In this document: one piece after another, positions 10,421 through 19,277 of the stretch
Layout of the letters: each line of letters opens with the position of its first letter
Position numbering within the stretch: position 1 is the first letter of the stretch
Source of the DNA: Methanocaldococcus sp. 16A
GTDB taxonomy: Archaea > AGJL01 > Methanococci > Methanococcales > Methanocaldococcaceae
Reading direction: 5' to 3' (one strand)
DNA: 64,000 bases
Assembly (NCBI GenBank): GCA_049860595.1
Contig: CP187551.1
The notes under the pieces: model-generated
Databases searched by the model: none
What the model was told of the DNA's origin: nothing
What the model saw: only the letters and a program-made list of their open reading frames with translations
Program-made: the position numbers and the translations under genes

Positions 10421-10514
10421 TATAATTTTGTGCAAAATAAACTCAATTAAGGTATTTATAATGCCTTTAGGTATCAAAATATCTTTAAATTTTTATTTCT
10501 GCAAAAGTCTTATT
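10421..10514. repeat. Hybrid palindromic element: B-type left end, A-type right end
   Basis: Left TATAATTTTGTGCAAAATAAA (B arm, 1 mismatch); right TTTATTTCTGCAAAAGTCTTATT (A arm, 3 mismatches); internal ATGCCT-TT-AGGTAT. Confidence 0.7.
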
Positions 10515-11031
10515 TAAATTCTTTTAATCGCGTAATCCTTGAAATTATCTTATTCAGATATTTATTTTGTAGTTTTAAATCTTCTTTTGTTTCCTTAGAA
10601 TAATCATCTGGTAAATTTTGAATCTTATTCAAAATATTTTTGTCATCAATATTAGCAATTTTATACAACTCCATACTTACGCTTTTTATGCTTAATCCTT
10701 TCTCAACCACAATATTCAACAACTCCTCATATGAAACTTTTTCTTCTATTGTTTTCCAGTAATCTTCAAATATATTGTCTTCTATTATATATTCAAGAAC
10801 TTCCAAGATTTTTATACTTAAATCTAACTTTAGAATTTCAGAGGTTAAAAAACACTCTTTTTCTTCCAATTTAGCAATCTTATCTAAATCATTTGGATTA
10901 TTAGTTCTTAGTTCTTTTAATGTTACTCTAATGTTATTTAATTCTATAAGTTTCTTTTCTCCCTCTTTAATCATTTCCTCTTTTTTATCTTTTATTTCAA
11001 CTAAAGTAGGATATCCAAGAGTATTTTCCAT
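10510..11031 (-). CDS. Hypothetical coiled-coil-rich protein
   Basis: Host-like ORF; GGTGA RBS before ATG at 11031 (ORF track extends to 11049). Confidence 0.7.
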   Translation of the reverse strand: MENTLGYPTLVEIKDKKEEMIKEGEKKLIELNNIRVTLKELRTNNPNDLDKIAKLEEKECFLTSEILKLDLSIKILEVLEYIIEDNIFEDYWKTIEEKVSYEELLNIVVEKGLSIKSVSMELYKIANIDDKNILNKIQNLPDDYSKETKEDLKLQNKYLNKIISRITRLKEFK

Positions 11032-11073
11032 AAAATCACCTAATAACAATAAAAATTAAATAAGTTAATTAAT

Positions 11074-11460
11074 TTACTTCTTTTTCTTCTTATCTTTTTT
11101 CTTTGATTTATAATAACCCTTTAATACTGGAAGCTTTGGAAAATCATCCAACAGTTTATAATAAATATCCCCGTATCTTTCACTAATCACTACAATATGA
11201 GCTGGAGGATGAATTTTTCTAATTCTATCTATTGCTTTTGGAGCTTTTTCAGCAATTTTTGCCACACATGCAGTTTTACATGGCTTTTTTACTTCTCCCA
11301 ATATAGCTCCTAATATCTCATCAGCCGCTTCTGGAACAATAATTTTTGGCTTACCAATAATTGTTAGCTCTGCATGCCTATCAACATCTGCTAAGGCATT
11401 CTTTAATTTTTCATAACTATCTCCTCTAACCAACAATATTGTCATAACTATCCCTAACAC
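11074..11460 (-). CDS. DUF356-family conserved archaeal protein
   Basis: ILLVRGDS..KLKNALADVDRHA, RKIHPPAHIVVIS; probable start 11445. Confidence 0.7.
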   Translation of the reverse strand: MLGIVMTILLVRGDSYEKLKNALADVDRHAELTIIGKPKIIVPEAADEILGAILGEVKKPCKTACVAKIAEKAPKAIDRIRKIHPPAHIVVISERYGDIYYKLLDDFPKLPVLKGYYKSKKKDKKKKK

Positions 11461-11509
11461 GTGTTTTTAAATGTTATTAATTATTTCTAAATAATTCAAT
11501 GAAAATATT

Positions 11510-12202
11510 TTATCTCCCATGCCTTTCGTTATGTCTTAAGTATTCTTCAAGCATAAATGGAAAATCAGAGGCATCAACAAACCTCAGCCCCAATCTTTGA
11601 GCCCATTTTTCAATGCCTCCATCACTTGCCACTACTGCAGCATCTAACTCTTTAGCTAAAAGTAAAACATCTAAGTCAGGGGCACTATCTAAAGTTCCTA
11701 CTCTTAAAGCACTTCTATATTTATTTCTAAAGGTATTTATTGTTTTTGATAGGACTTTATTTATAATTTCATTTTTATTCATCTCTGGATGTTTTTTTGA
11801 TAACTCATAAACCATATCTGATGTTCTTATTATATGTTCTTCTCCAATTCTCATCCCTTTATTTATCCTCTCCCTTAAATCTTTAACATATTCATAAAAA
11901 ATTTCTGAAGGAATTTTTATCTCATATCTATTTGGAGTTTTTTTAACAAGCCATGTATCTACTTTAACTATAACATCTTTAGGACAATTCTCATTCTCTA
12001 AAAATCCCATTAATTCATTATATACAGTCGGATAAGGAATGTGACAAGAAATATTTAACTTTATTCTTGCTTCTGCTATCAAATCCATAACTCTATCTGT
12101 TAGTTCAGTAACGGTTTTAACTCCCAATGCTTTCCTAACTGACGGTTCAGTAAAAGCACTAGTGTCTAAGCAAAATCTCTGTTTTTGCATATCTCTCCCC
12201 AA
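11510..12202 (-). CDS. RNA-free RNase P (HARP, PIN-fold; 'RNA ligase partner' family)
   Basis: FCLDTSAFT, RERINKGMRIGE, YRSALRVGTLDSAPDLDVLLLAKEL, ASDGGI; probable start 12190. Confidence 0.85.
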   Translation of the reverse strand: MGRDMQKQRFCLDTSAFTEPSVRKALGVKTVTELTDRVMDLIAEARIKLNISCHIPYPTVYNELMGFLENENCPKDVIVKVDTWLVKKTPNRYEIKIPSEIFYEYVKDLRERINKGMRIGEEHIIRTSDMVYELSKKHPEMNKNEIINKVLSKTINTFRNKYRSALRVGTLDSAPDLDVLLLAKELDAAVVASDGGIEKWAQRLGLRFVDASDFPFMLEEYLRHNERHGR

Positions 12203-12237
12203 AATTTAATTTCTTGATTTTAATAAAATTTATTTTT

Positions 12238-12332
12238 AATAGGACTTTCGCAGTTTATATATTAAATTTAGAACTTTGACAATTTTAAGTGTCTATATTC
12301 AATAAAAAATTCATTCCTGCGAAAGTCCTATT
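12238..12332. repeat. Palindromic MITE-like element, subfamily A, copy 3 (inverted relative to copy 1)
   Basis: Perfect 16-bp inverted repeat 12238-12253 / 12317-12332; near-identical to the reverse complement of 4891-4984. Confidence 0.9.
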
Positions 12333-13396
12333 TAATCTTCTTTAATATCATTTCTAACTGCCAATATCTTTATCTTTGCAGGATAGTTATTTATATATTT
12401 TGATAAAATTTCATTAGGAATCCTTGCTTCCAATTTAGATAAAATTCTTTCCTTAAAATGCCTTGAAAATCCATAAGGTAGAGAGTTTTTTATCTCCTCA
12501 GCATTATTAAATGGTCTTCTTCTCTCCAATATTTCAGCTACATTACTTGGTAAATATTCATACAAATCATACTCGTTGGCTGTTTCTAAGATTCTATCCT
12601 CAAACCTTTTTAATATCAATTCACTGAGTTTTCCAGAATCATAGAGTTCTTTTAAAATCTCTAAAGTGGTTTCTGGAAGCATATCCTTAATATCTTCAAA
12701 TTTCCCGCTGAATATTGCCTCTCTAATCTTAGTTCCACTTATTCCCTCTAATCTTTTTACAAAAACAAATTTTGGATGAAAATTTAAACCTTCTTTATTC
12801 AATTTATAAATCATCTGAGACATTGAAGCAATAACATAATTATCAATATTTAATTTTTCTCCTAAAATCTCTCCTGTCTCTATACAGCAAATTTTGTATG
12901 GCTTAACTTGTATATGATAGCCCTTATTTATACAATCTATAACCTTCTCCATGGTTTTTTCTGGAATATAACCCCTTGGTATTACTTCAGCTCCTAAGCT
13001 ATAAAACATCTTTATTAGACATCTCATATACTGCCCAGAACCCATAATTCCCATTGGAGGCCCTTCAACAACAATATCTGCTCCTGCTTTTATAGCCATC
13101 TCTGCCCTTATATATCTATTTAAGAAATAAGGAATGCCCCTCCCACTCCTTTCTAAGGGGCCGGGCAAAACACTAATAAAAATTCCATGTTCCTTTCCTC
13201 TCTCTAATGCATATTTATGCCCCTTATGTAATGGATTGTATTCGGTAAAATCACAGACGATTTTATCTTTATTTTCTCTTTCTTTTATTTCTTCAACTAA
13301 TTTTTTAAAATCTTTGAAAGATTTTTTATCTTTTCTTTCAGCATCTCTAATTATCTCCTCCCTATCCTTCAAAAAATTTTTTAAATTTAAATCCAT
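12332..13396 (-). CDS. HIGH-superfamily nucleotidyltransferase (TmcAL/UPF0348-like)
   Basis: TEYNPLHKGH, RAEMAIKAGADIVVE, ISGTKIR; GGTGA RBS before ATG at 13396. Confidence 0.75.
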   Translation of the reverse strand: MDLNLKNFLKDREEIIRDAERKDKKSFKDFKKLVEEIKERENKDKIVCDFTEYNPLHKGHKYALERGKEHGIFISVLPGPLERSGRGIPYFLNRYIRAEMAIKAGADIVVEGPPMGIMGSGQYMRCLIKMFYSLGAEVIPRGYIPEKTMEKVIDCINKGYHIQVKPYKICCIETGEILGEKLNIDNYVIASMSQMIYKLNKEGLNFHPKFVFVKRLEGISGTKIREAIFSGKFEDIKDMLPETTLEILKELYDSGKLSELILKRFEDRILETANEYDLYEYLPSNVAEILERRRPFNNAEEIKNSLPYGFSRHFKERILSKLEARIPNEILSKYINNYPAKIKILAVRNDIKED

Positions 13397-13454
13397 AATT
13401 TCACCAATGAACATAAACTTTATATATTAGAAAGTGAATTGTTATTGATGCTGA

Positions 13455-13528
13455 GGGCCCATGGTCTAGCTGGCTATGACGTCGCCCTTACAAGGCGAAG
13501 GTCGCCGGTTCGAATCCGGCTGGGCCCA
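13455..13528 (+). tRNA. tRNA-Val (UAC), CCA not encoded
   Basis: GGGCCCA...TCGCC-CT-TAC-AA-GGCGA...GGTTCGAATCC...TGGGCCC-A followed by CTA. Confidence 0.97.
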
Positions 13529-13608
13529 CTATTTTTTATTTTAGACATATATATTTATTAATTTAAATATTAGAATTGTATTTAGTTTTTGTTAAACAAT
13601 CTAAATTG

Positions 13609-13690
13609 AATAGGAGTTTCGCAGTTTATATATTAAATTGAAATTTAGACACAGTTCAATAAAAATATTTATTCCCGCGAAAGTCCTATT
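13609..13690. repeat. Palindromic MITE-like element, subfamily A, copy 4 (internal hairpin half-deleted)
   Basis: AATAGGAGTTTCGCAG ... CCGCGAAAGTCCTATT; only the GACAC arm of the inner hairpin remains. Confidence 0.85.
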
Positions 13691-13729
13691 GAAATAAAAT
13701 AAAAAAGAAAGCAAACAATTTTTAATTTT

Positions 13730-14149
13730 TTATTGTTTTTTCTCTTGAGCTTGTTGGGCTTTCTGTATTTCTGCCTGTAACTCTTTTCTTAAAGCAGCTA
13801 TTGCTTTAGCTAATTCTTCAGCTTTCTTCATTCCTTCTTTTTCAGCTTTATCTAAATCTTCAATAGATTTTTTCAAATCTTCAATAATTTCACTAAATGA
13901 TTTTTCAACATAAATATCTGACTTAACTCCAATTAAAGCCTTATCATCAACAATTTTTGCCTTTAAAAAAACTCCTGGACCTACTGGAATTAATGTCTCT
14001 TCATCTGCTTTTATATTTTCAATTGTTTTAATTGAGTTCATTATTTCAGATTTTAATGTTCTTATTGATACTAATTCACTTTGAATCATTTGTAATTGTT
14101 GATTGTATATTTCTAAAGCCATAGCTTTTTGTCTTAAATCTTCGCTCAT
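13730..14149 (-). CDS. pfdA: Prefoldin subunit alpha
   Basis: Coiled coils flanking ETLIPVGPGVFLKAKIVD..ALIGV hairpins. Confidence 0.92.
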   Translation of the reverse strand: MSEDLRQKAMALEIYNQQLQMIQSELVSIRTLKSEIMNSIKTIENIKADEETLIPVGPGVFLKAKIVDDKALIGVKSDIYVEKSFSEIIEDLKKSIEDLDKAEKEGMKKAEELAKAIAALRKELQAEIQKAQQAQEKKQ

Positions 14150-14233
14150 ATTTCCACCTCAATAAGCACTATAGCATAACTGATATATATCTAATGCTTT
14201 AATAAATTTATTGATAATGCTTCTATAGAGGTA

Positions 14234-14542
14234 GTGTTTATGAAACTGTTAGGTGTTATAGGCTACTTAGCCGTTTTAATTAAAGCTATATGTGAGTCCT
14301 GGATTGATGTTGTTAAAAGAAGCATAAATGGGGAAATAAAGCCCCAAGTTATAGAAATAGAGTCTATTATCAACAACCCTACTGGTTTAGTTCTGTTATC
14401 ATGGTCTATAACAGCTACTCCAGGAACTTTAGTTATTGATTTAATTCCAGAAGAGAGAAAATTAAAAGTAGCCACAATAAGCCCAAGAAGTAGAGAAGAC
14501 ATTGTTCCATTTGAGCCATACATTAAAAAAATTTTTGATTAA
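14234..14542 (+). CDS. MnhE/MrpE-like antiporter subunit (EhbA-like)
   Basis: [12 protein letters not shown] motif of the MnhE family. Confidence 0.75.
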   Translation: MFMKLLGVIGYLAVLIKAICESWIDVVKRSINGEIKPQVIEIESIINNPTGLVLLSWSITATPGTLVIDLIPEERKLKVATISPRSREDIVPFEPYIKKIFD

Positions 14543-14543
14543 A

Positions 14544-15848
14544 TTATTCTTTCTCTAAAACTTTTATATGTCCGTTATCTAATTTAACTTTCATTATACT
14601 TTCATTATTATATATTGTTAAAAATGCTAATATTGCTGCTTTTGTTCCATATCTATTTGAACCAGCTAAAATATAGATGTTATTATTATTGTAAGGGTTT
14701 TTTATTTTTTGTATAACACCTATATTATTTCCAGGATAATTATCAGTTATATTTATCCTTAGTAAAGCTTTATTTTCAAGTTCTTTAACAAATTTATTAA
14801 CTTTAGGACCTCCAATGAGAATTATATCTTTATTGATATTTAATGGGTCAATATCAATTATATCTAATGAGTTAATGTAAATCTTTTCATGATTTTCTAA
14901 CTCTTTTCCTTTATAATAAACATGAACTGTATTGTTTATTTTTATGGCATAAAATCCTTCGCCTAAATATAAAACGGTTTTGTTTTCAATATTAAAAGTT
15001 TTAGTTTCTTTTTTTATTACTTTAAATAAAACATAATCTTTGTAATCTTTTTCAAGTATTATAGTACAATTAAACAAGTGTATTTCATTTCCTAAATCAT
15101 TTATATTTTTATATACAAGCTCTATTCTATCAGCACTGAGATCTTTAACTATAAAATTCTTATCTAAGGGGAAATCCTTATCCTTTTTAATTTCTATTGT
15201 TGAATATACATTAAAGGTAAAATAATAGCTTTTACCTTTTTTTGTGCAATTCTTATATATAATCCCTAACTGTTCTCCTTCTACATAATAAAACTGCCCT
15301 TTATTTAATTTAAAATACTCCATAATAGGCTTTCCATTTTTGTATATATCAACAACTATAGTATTTAAATCAGGAGATAAAAGCTTAACAGCCACTTTAT
15401 ATCTACCATATTCAAATGATTCATTTGTTGTTATTTCCTTTCCATCTTTTTCTTTTAATATTATACAATCTGACGTAATATCTTCAACTATGTAGCTTTT
15501 GTTGAATAAACTTATTTCTTTTCCCTTTTCAAGGTTTAAATATTCAATATACTCAATATCTTTGTATTTTATCCCATTATTATCTCTGATAAATTTTATA
15601 TTGAGTTTTTTACTATTATCCTCAATCTCAAGCTCATCAGTAGCTGGAATATATATAATATCGTCAATAATAACTGTTATATTACTCCCATTAACTTTTA
15701 TTTCTCTTGAAGAATATAAGTTATCCATCAAAACTTTGGCATTTTCATAATCTACTGTGCTTTTATTTACAAAGATTACTGGGTCTATAGGCAAAGCATA
15801 GCTAACACTTATAAATAGTAATATAAATAATAAAAGGAGTTTTTTCAT
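14544..15848 (-). CDS. Secreted S-layer-like protein
   Basis: Signal peptide MKKLLLLFILLFISVSYA; C-terminal IILIGGPKVNK...ILAGSNRYGT S-layer-like motif. Confidence 0.7.
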   Translation of the reverse strand: MKKLLLLFILLFISVSYALPIDPVIFVNKSTVDYENAKVLMDNLYSSREIKVNGSNITVIIDDIIYIPATDELEIEDNSKKLNIKFIRDNNGIKYKDIEYIEYLNLEKGKEISLFNKSYIVEDITSDCIILKEKDGKEITTNESFEYGRYKVAVKLLSPDLNTIVVDIYKNGKPIMEYFKLNKGQFYYVEGEQLGIIYKNCTKKGKSYYFTFNVYSTIEIKKDKDFPLDKNFIVKDLSADRIELVYKNINDLGNEIHLFNCTIILEKDYKDYVLFKVIKKETKTFNIENKTVLYLGEGFYAIKINNTVHVYYKGKELENHEKIYINSLDIIDIDPLNINKDIILIGGPKVNKFVKELENKALLRINITDNYPGNNIGVIQKIKNPYNNNNIYILAGSNRYGTKAAILAFLTIYNNESIMKVKLDNGHIKVLEKE

Positions 15849-15917
15849 TAATTTCCCCTCCTTAAACTTTTATAGAATTGATTAAGTTATGAGTGATTAT
15901 TATAAAATGTCTTTATT

Positions 15918-16015
15918 AATATGACTTTCACAGGAATAAATATTAATAAGGCCTATTTGATGCTATTGGCATCAATGTTCTCCTTACTCAATATATAAAG
16001 TGCGAAAGTCCTATT
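15918..16015. repeat. Palindromic MITE-like element, subfamily A, copy 5
   Basis: AATATGACTTTCACAG ... GTGCGAAAGTCCTATT; internal hairpin TTGATGCT-ATT-GGCATCAA (15957-15975). Confidence 0.8.
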
Positions 16016-16051
16016 AAAATATTTTTGGTTAAAAATTTTAGGTGATATATT

Positions 16052-17161
16052 ATGATAGAAAATAAAGTAAGAGAGGTTGTTAAAAAATTAAAGCCATATG
16101 TTCCAGGAAAATCTAAAGAAGAGATAGCAAGAGCTTATGGAATAAAACCAGAAGATATTATAAAACTTGGTTCTAATGAAAATCCTTGGGGAGCTTCACC
16201 AAAAATAAAAGAAGAGATATTAAAAGAACTTCCAAATATACATCAATATCCAGAGCCAGTAAATCCAGTTTTAATGGAAGAGTTAAGTAAATTTTTGAAT
16301 GTTAGTAAAGAAAATATTATTGTTGGTGGTGATGGAGCTGATGAGGTTATAGATACGATATTTAGAACGTTTGTTGATGATGGTGATGAGGTTATAATCC
16401 CAATCCCAACTTTCACTCAATATAGAGTTTCAGCAACAATTCACAATGCTAAAATAAAATATGCAAAATATGATAAAGAAAAGGATTTTAAATTAGATGT
16501 TGAAAGCGTTCTCAATAACATAACAGATAAAACAAAGGTTATTTTTTTATGCACTCCAAACAATCCAACGGGAAATATAATAGAAAATAAAGATATAGAG
16601 AAGATTATCAATGAGACAGATGCTTTGGTTGTTATAGACCATGCATATATTGAGTATGCCAAAAAAGAATATGACTGGACACAAAAAGCCCCTGAATATG
16701 ATAACGTTATTGTTTTAAGAACATTTTCAAAGGTTTTTGGTTTAGCAGGGATGAGAATTGGTTATGGTGTAGCAAATAAAAAAATCATTGATTACATGAT
16801 GAGAGTTAAGCCAATATTCAGCTTAACAAGATTAAGCCAAGTTTGTGCTATAACAGCCTTAAGAGATAGGGAATTCTTTGAAAGATGTGTTAGAGATGGG
16901 ATTAAAAGTAGAGAGATGCTATATAATGGGCTGAAGAAATTTAAAGACATTAAAGTTTATCCTTCAGAAGCTAATTATGTATTGGTTGAATTAAAAACAA
17001 TGAAAGCTAAGGAGTTTTGTGAAGAGCTATTAAAAAGAGGAGTTATTGTTAGAGATTGCTCATCATTTGATGGTTTAGGAGATAACTATGTAAGAGTATC
17101 AATAGGGACATTTGAGGAAATTGAAAGATTTTTAAAAATTTTAGAGGAAATTATAAATTAA
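16052..17161 (+). CDS. hisC: Histidinol-phosphate aminotransferase
   Basis: [36 protein letters not shown]. Confidence 0.93.
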   Translation: MIENKVREVVKKLKPYVPGKSKEEIARAYGIKPEDIIKLGSNENPWGASPKIKEEILKELPNIHQYPEPVNPVLMEELSKFLNVSKENIIVGGDGADEVIDTIFRTFVDDGDEVIIPIPTFTQYRVSATIHNAKIKYAKYDKEKDFKLDVESVLNNITDKTKVIFLCTPNNPTGNIIENKDIEKIINETDALVVIDHAYIEYAKKEYDWTQKAPEYDNVIVLRTFSKVFGLAGMRIGYGVANKKIIDYMMRVKPIFSLTRLSQVCAITALRDREFFERCVRDGIKSREMLYNGLKKFKDIKVYPSEANYVLVELKTMKAKEFCEELLKRGVIVRDCSSFDGLGDNYVRVSIGTFEEIERFLKILEEIIN

Positions 17162-18315
17162 TTCTTTAATAACACTTCTTTAGCTACTTCAACTCCACTC
17201 TCTTTAACTTCAAATCCAAGCTCTTTTAAAGCTAATTCTACACAAGCTAATGTTGCTAAAACTTCTTTCTCTCCACAGATTCCCATGTGTCCAATTCTAA
17301 ATATCTTTCCAGCCAAGTGTTTCTGTCCTCCAGCAACAACTATATTGTATTTATTGCTTAATATTCCTCTAAAGTCACTATCCTTAATTCCTTCTGGATA
17401 TTTTGCTGATGTAACTGTTACTGACCTTGCTCTTTCTTTAGCAAACAATTCTATTCCCATAGCCTCTAAACCAGCTCTTGTTGCTTTAGCCAATCTTTCA
17501 TGTCTTTTAACTCTATTCTCAATACCTTCCTCCAAAACTAAATCTAAGGCAACATTCATTGCATAGGTTAAGTTAATTGAAGGAGTATAAGGTGTTTGTT
17601 TTTTCTCTTCATAGTATTTTTTATAAGCCAATAAATCTAAGTAAAAGCCAACTTTATCCTCATTCTTTTTGATAACTTCCCATGCTTTTTCGCTGACTGT
17701 TATAGCCGCTAATCCTGGTGGAGCTGCTAAACATTTTTGAGAACCAGTAACACAAATATCTATGTGGAATTTATCAACATTTACATAATCTCCTCCTAAT
17801 GATGAGACAGTATCAACAATGTATAAAGCATCATAGTCCTTAACAACCTCTCCAATCTCTTTTATTGGGTTTCTTGCACCTGTTGATGTTTCATTATGCA
17901 CAACTGTAACTGCTTTAATATCATCGTATTTATCTAAAATCTCTTTAACTGCTTCTGGCTCAGCCATATCTCCCCATTCTATATCTAATCTAATTGCCTC
18001 TCCTTTGTATGCTTTAACTATATTTGCAAATCTCTCTCCAAAGTTTCCTGTAACTATGTTTAAAACCTTATCTCCTCTTTTTATTATGTTTGATATTGCC
18101 ATATCCATTGCTGCTGTTCCTGAACCAGTAATTAAGAATGTGTCATTCTCAGTAATAAAGACCTTTTTTAATTTCTCTACAGTATCTTCCAATAAAGCCC
18201 CGTAATCTTTTGTTCTATGCCCAATTACTGGCATTGCCATTGCATTTAAAACCTCTGGTGGAACTATTGTAGGACCTGGAATCATCAACAATTTTTTGGT
18301 TGCTTCCAATTTCAT
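17158..18315 (-). CDS. Class V PLP aminotransferase (serine-pyruvate/phosphoserine/aspartate type)
   Basis: [34 protein letters not shown]. Confidence 0.9.
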   Translation of the reverse strand: MKLEATKKLLMIPGPTIVPPEVLNAMAMPVIGHRTKDYGALLEDTVEKLKKVFITENDTFLITGSGTAAMDMAISNIIKRGDKVLNIVTGNFGERFANIVKAYKGEAIRLDIEWGDMAEPEAVKEILDKYDDIKAVTVVHNETSTGARNPIKEIGEVVKDYDALYIVDTVSSLGGDYVNVDKFHIDICVTGSQKCLAAPPGLAAITVSEKAWEVIKKNEDKVGFYLDLLAYKKYYEEKKQTPYTPSINLTYAMNVALDLVLEEGIENRVKRHERLAKATRAGLEAMGIELFAKERARSVTVTSAKYPEGIKDSDFRGILSNKYNIVVAGGQKHLAGKIFRIGHMGICGEKEVLATLACVELALKELGFEVKESGVEVAKEVLLKN

Positions 18316-18365
18316 AATCTCCCTCCATAAAAATTATTTATTTGAGATGGATTTGTAGTTATCCT

Positions 18366-19022
18366 TTATTTTCTACTTTTTAAATAATTATCCCAGTCTT
18401 TTAAGAATCTTTCCAATCCAATGTCAGTTAATGGGTGGTTGAAGAGCTTATCCATAACTGCTGGAGGAATTGTTGCTATATCAGCCCCTATTTTTGCAGC
18501 TTCTAAAACATGCCATGGATGTCTGACTGAAGCTACTATAACTTCTGTTTTAATATCATAGTTTTTGTATATCTTTACAACATCTTCAATTAATTTCATC
18601 CCTACATGCCCAATATCATCCAATCTTCCAACAAATGGGGAAACATAAGTAGCTCCTGCCTTAGCAGCTAATAAAGCTTGCAATGGTGAGAAAACTAAGG
18701 TTACATTTGTTTTTATTCCTTCAGCTGATAATATTTTAACTGCTTTCATTCCATCTTTTGTCATTGGGATTTTTATAACTATATTATCAGCTATTTTTGC
18801 TAATTCTCTCGCTTCTTTAACCATTCCTTCAGCATCAGTTGAGATAACCTCAGCACTTACAGGGCCGTCAACAATTTCACAGATTTCTTTAACAACTTCA
18901 TAGAAATCTCTTCCCTCCTTAGCAACTAATGTTGGGTTTGTTGTAACTCCATCAACTAAGCCAAGCTCAGCGTATTTTTTAATTTCTTCAACATTTGCTG
19001 TGTCTAAGAAGAATTTCATCAT
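18366..19022 (-). CDS. tal: Transaldolase (short TalC/Fsa type)
   Basis: [37 protein letters not shown]. Confidence 0.93.
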   Translation of the reverse strand: MMKFFLDTANVEEIKKYAELGLVDGVTTNPTLVAKEGRDFYEVVKEICEIVDGPVSAEVISTDAEGMVKEARELAKIADNIVIKIPMTKDGMKAVKILSAEGIKTNVTLVFSPLQALLAAKAGATYVSPFVGRLDDIGHVGMKLIEDVVKIYKNYDIKTEVIVASVRHPWHVLEAAKIGADIATIPPAVMDKLFNHPLTDIGLERFLKDWDNYLKSRK

Positions 19023-19277
19023 TATCCCTCCTATAAAATTTTATTGAGGTTTAGGAAATTATATATAGTTGATGGTTAAAAAGTTATCTCTTATCATACA
19101 TATAAATACATGGAAGTTTTTATAATGGTAAATTTTTATACTACATTCATATTTAGATTATATTCAACCACAACTTAACTTTGAATATAACTCTAACTAT
19201 ATATTTATTCATGCAAAAATCTTATTTTAAATATCAAACCTATTTTTAATTTAAATAAACATAATTTACGTGATACT

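Noticed and set aside
13529-13531. tRNA-Val ends in CTA rather than CCA
   Set aside because: Many archaeal tRNA genes lack an encoded CCA, which is added enzymatically; the cloverleaf is intact, so it is not a pseudogene.
4891-16015. Repeats as a CRISPR array
   Set aside because: Copies are dispersed, palindromic and in both orientations, with no regular repeat-spacer period and no cas genes.
19023-19277. AT-rich 255-bp spacer before mcm as a replication origin
   Set aside because: No ORB-like repeats or adjacent cdc6/orc1; consistent with divergent promoters.
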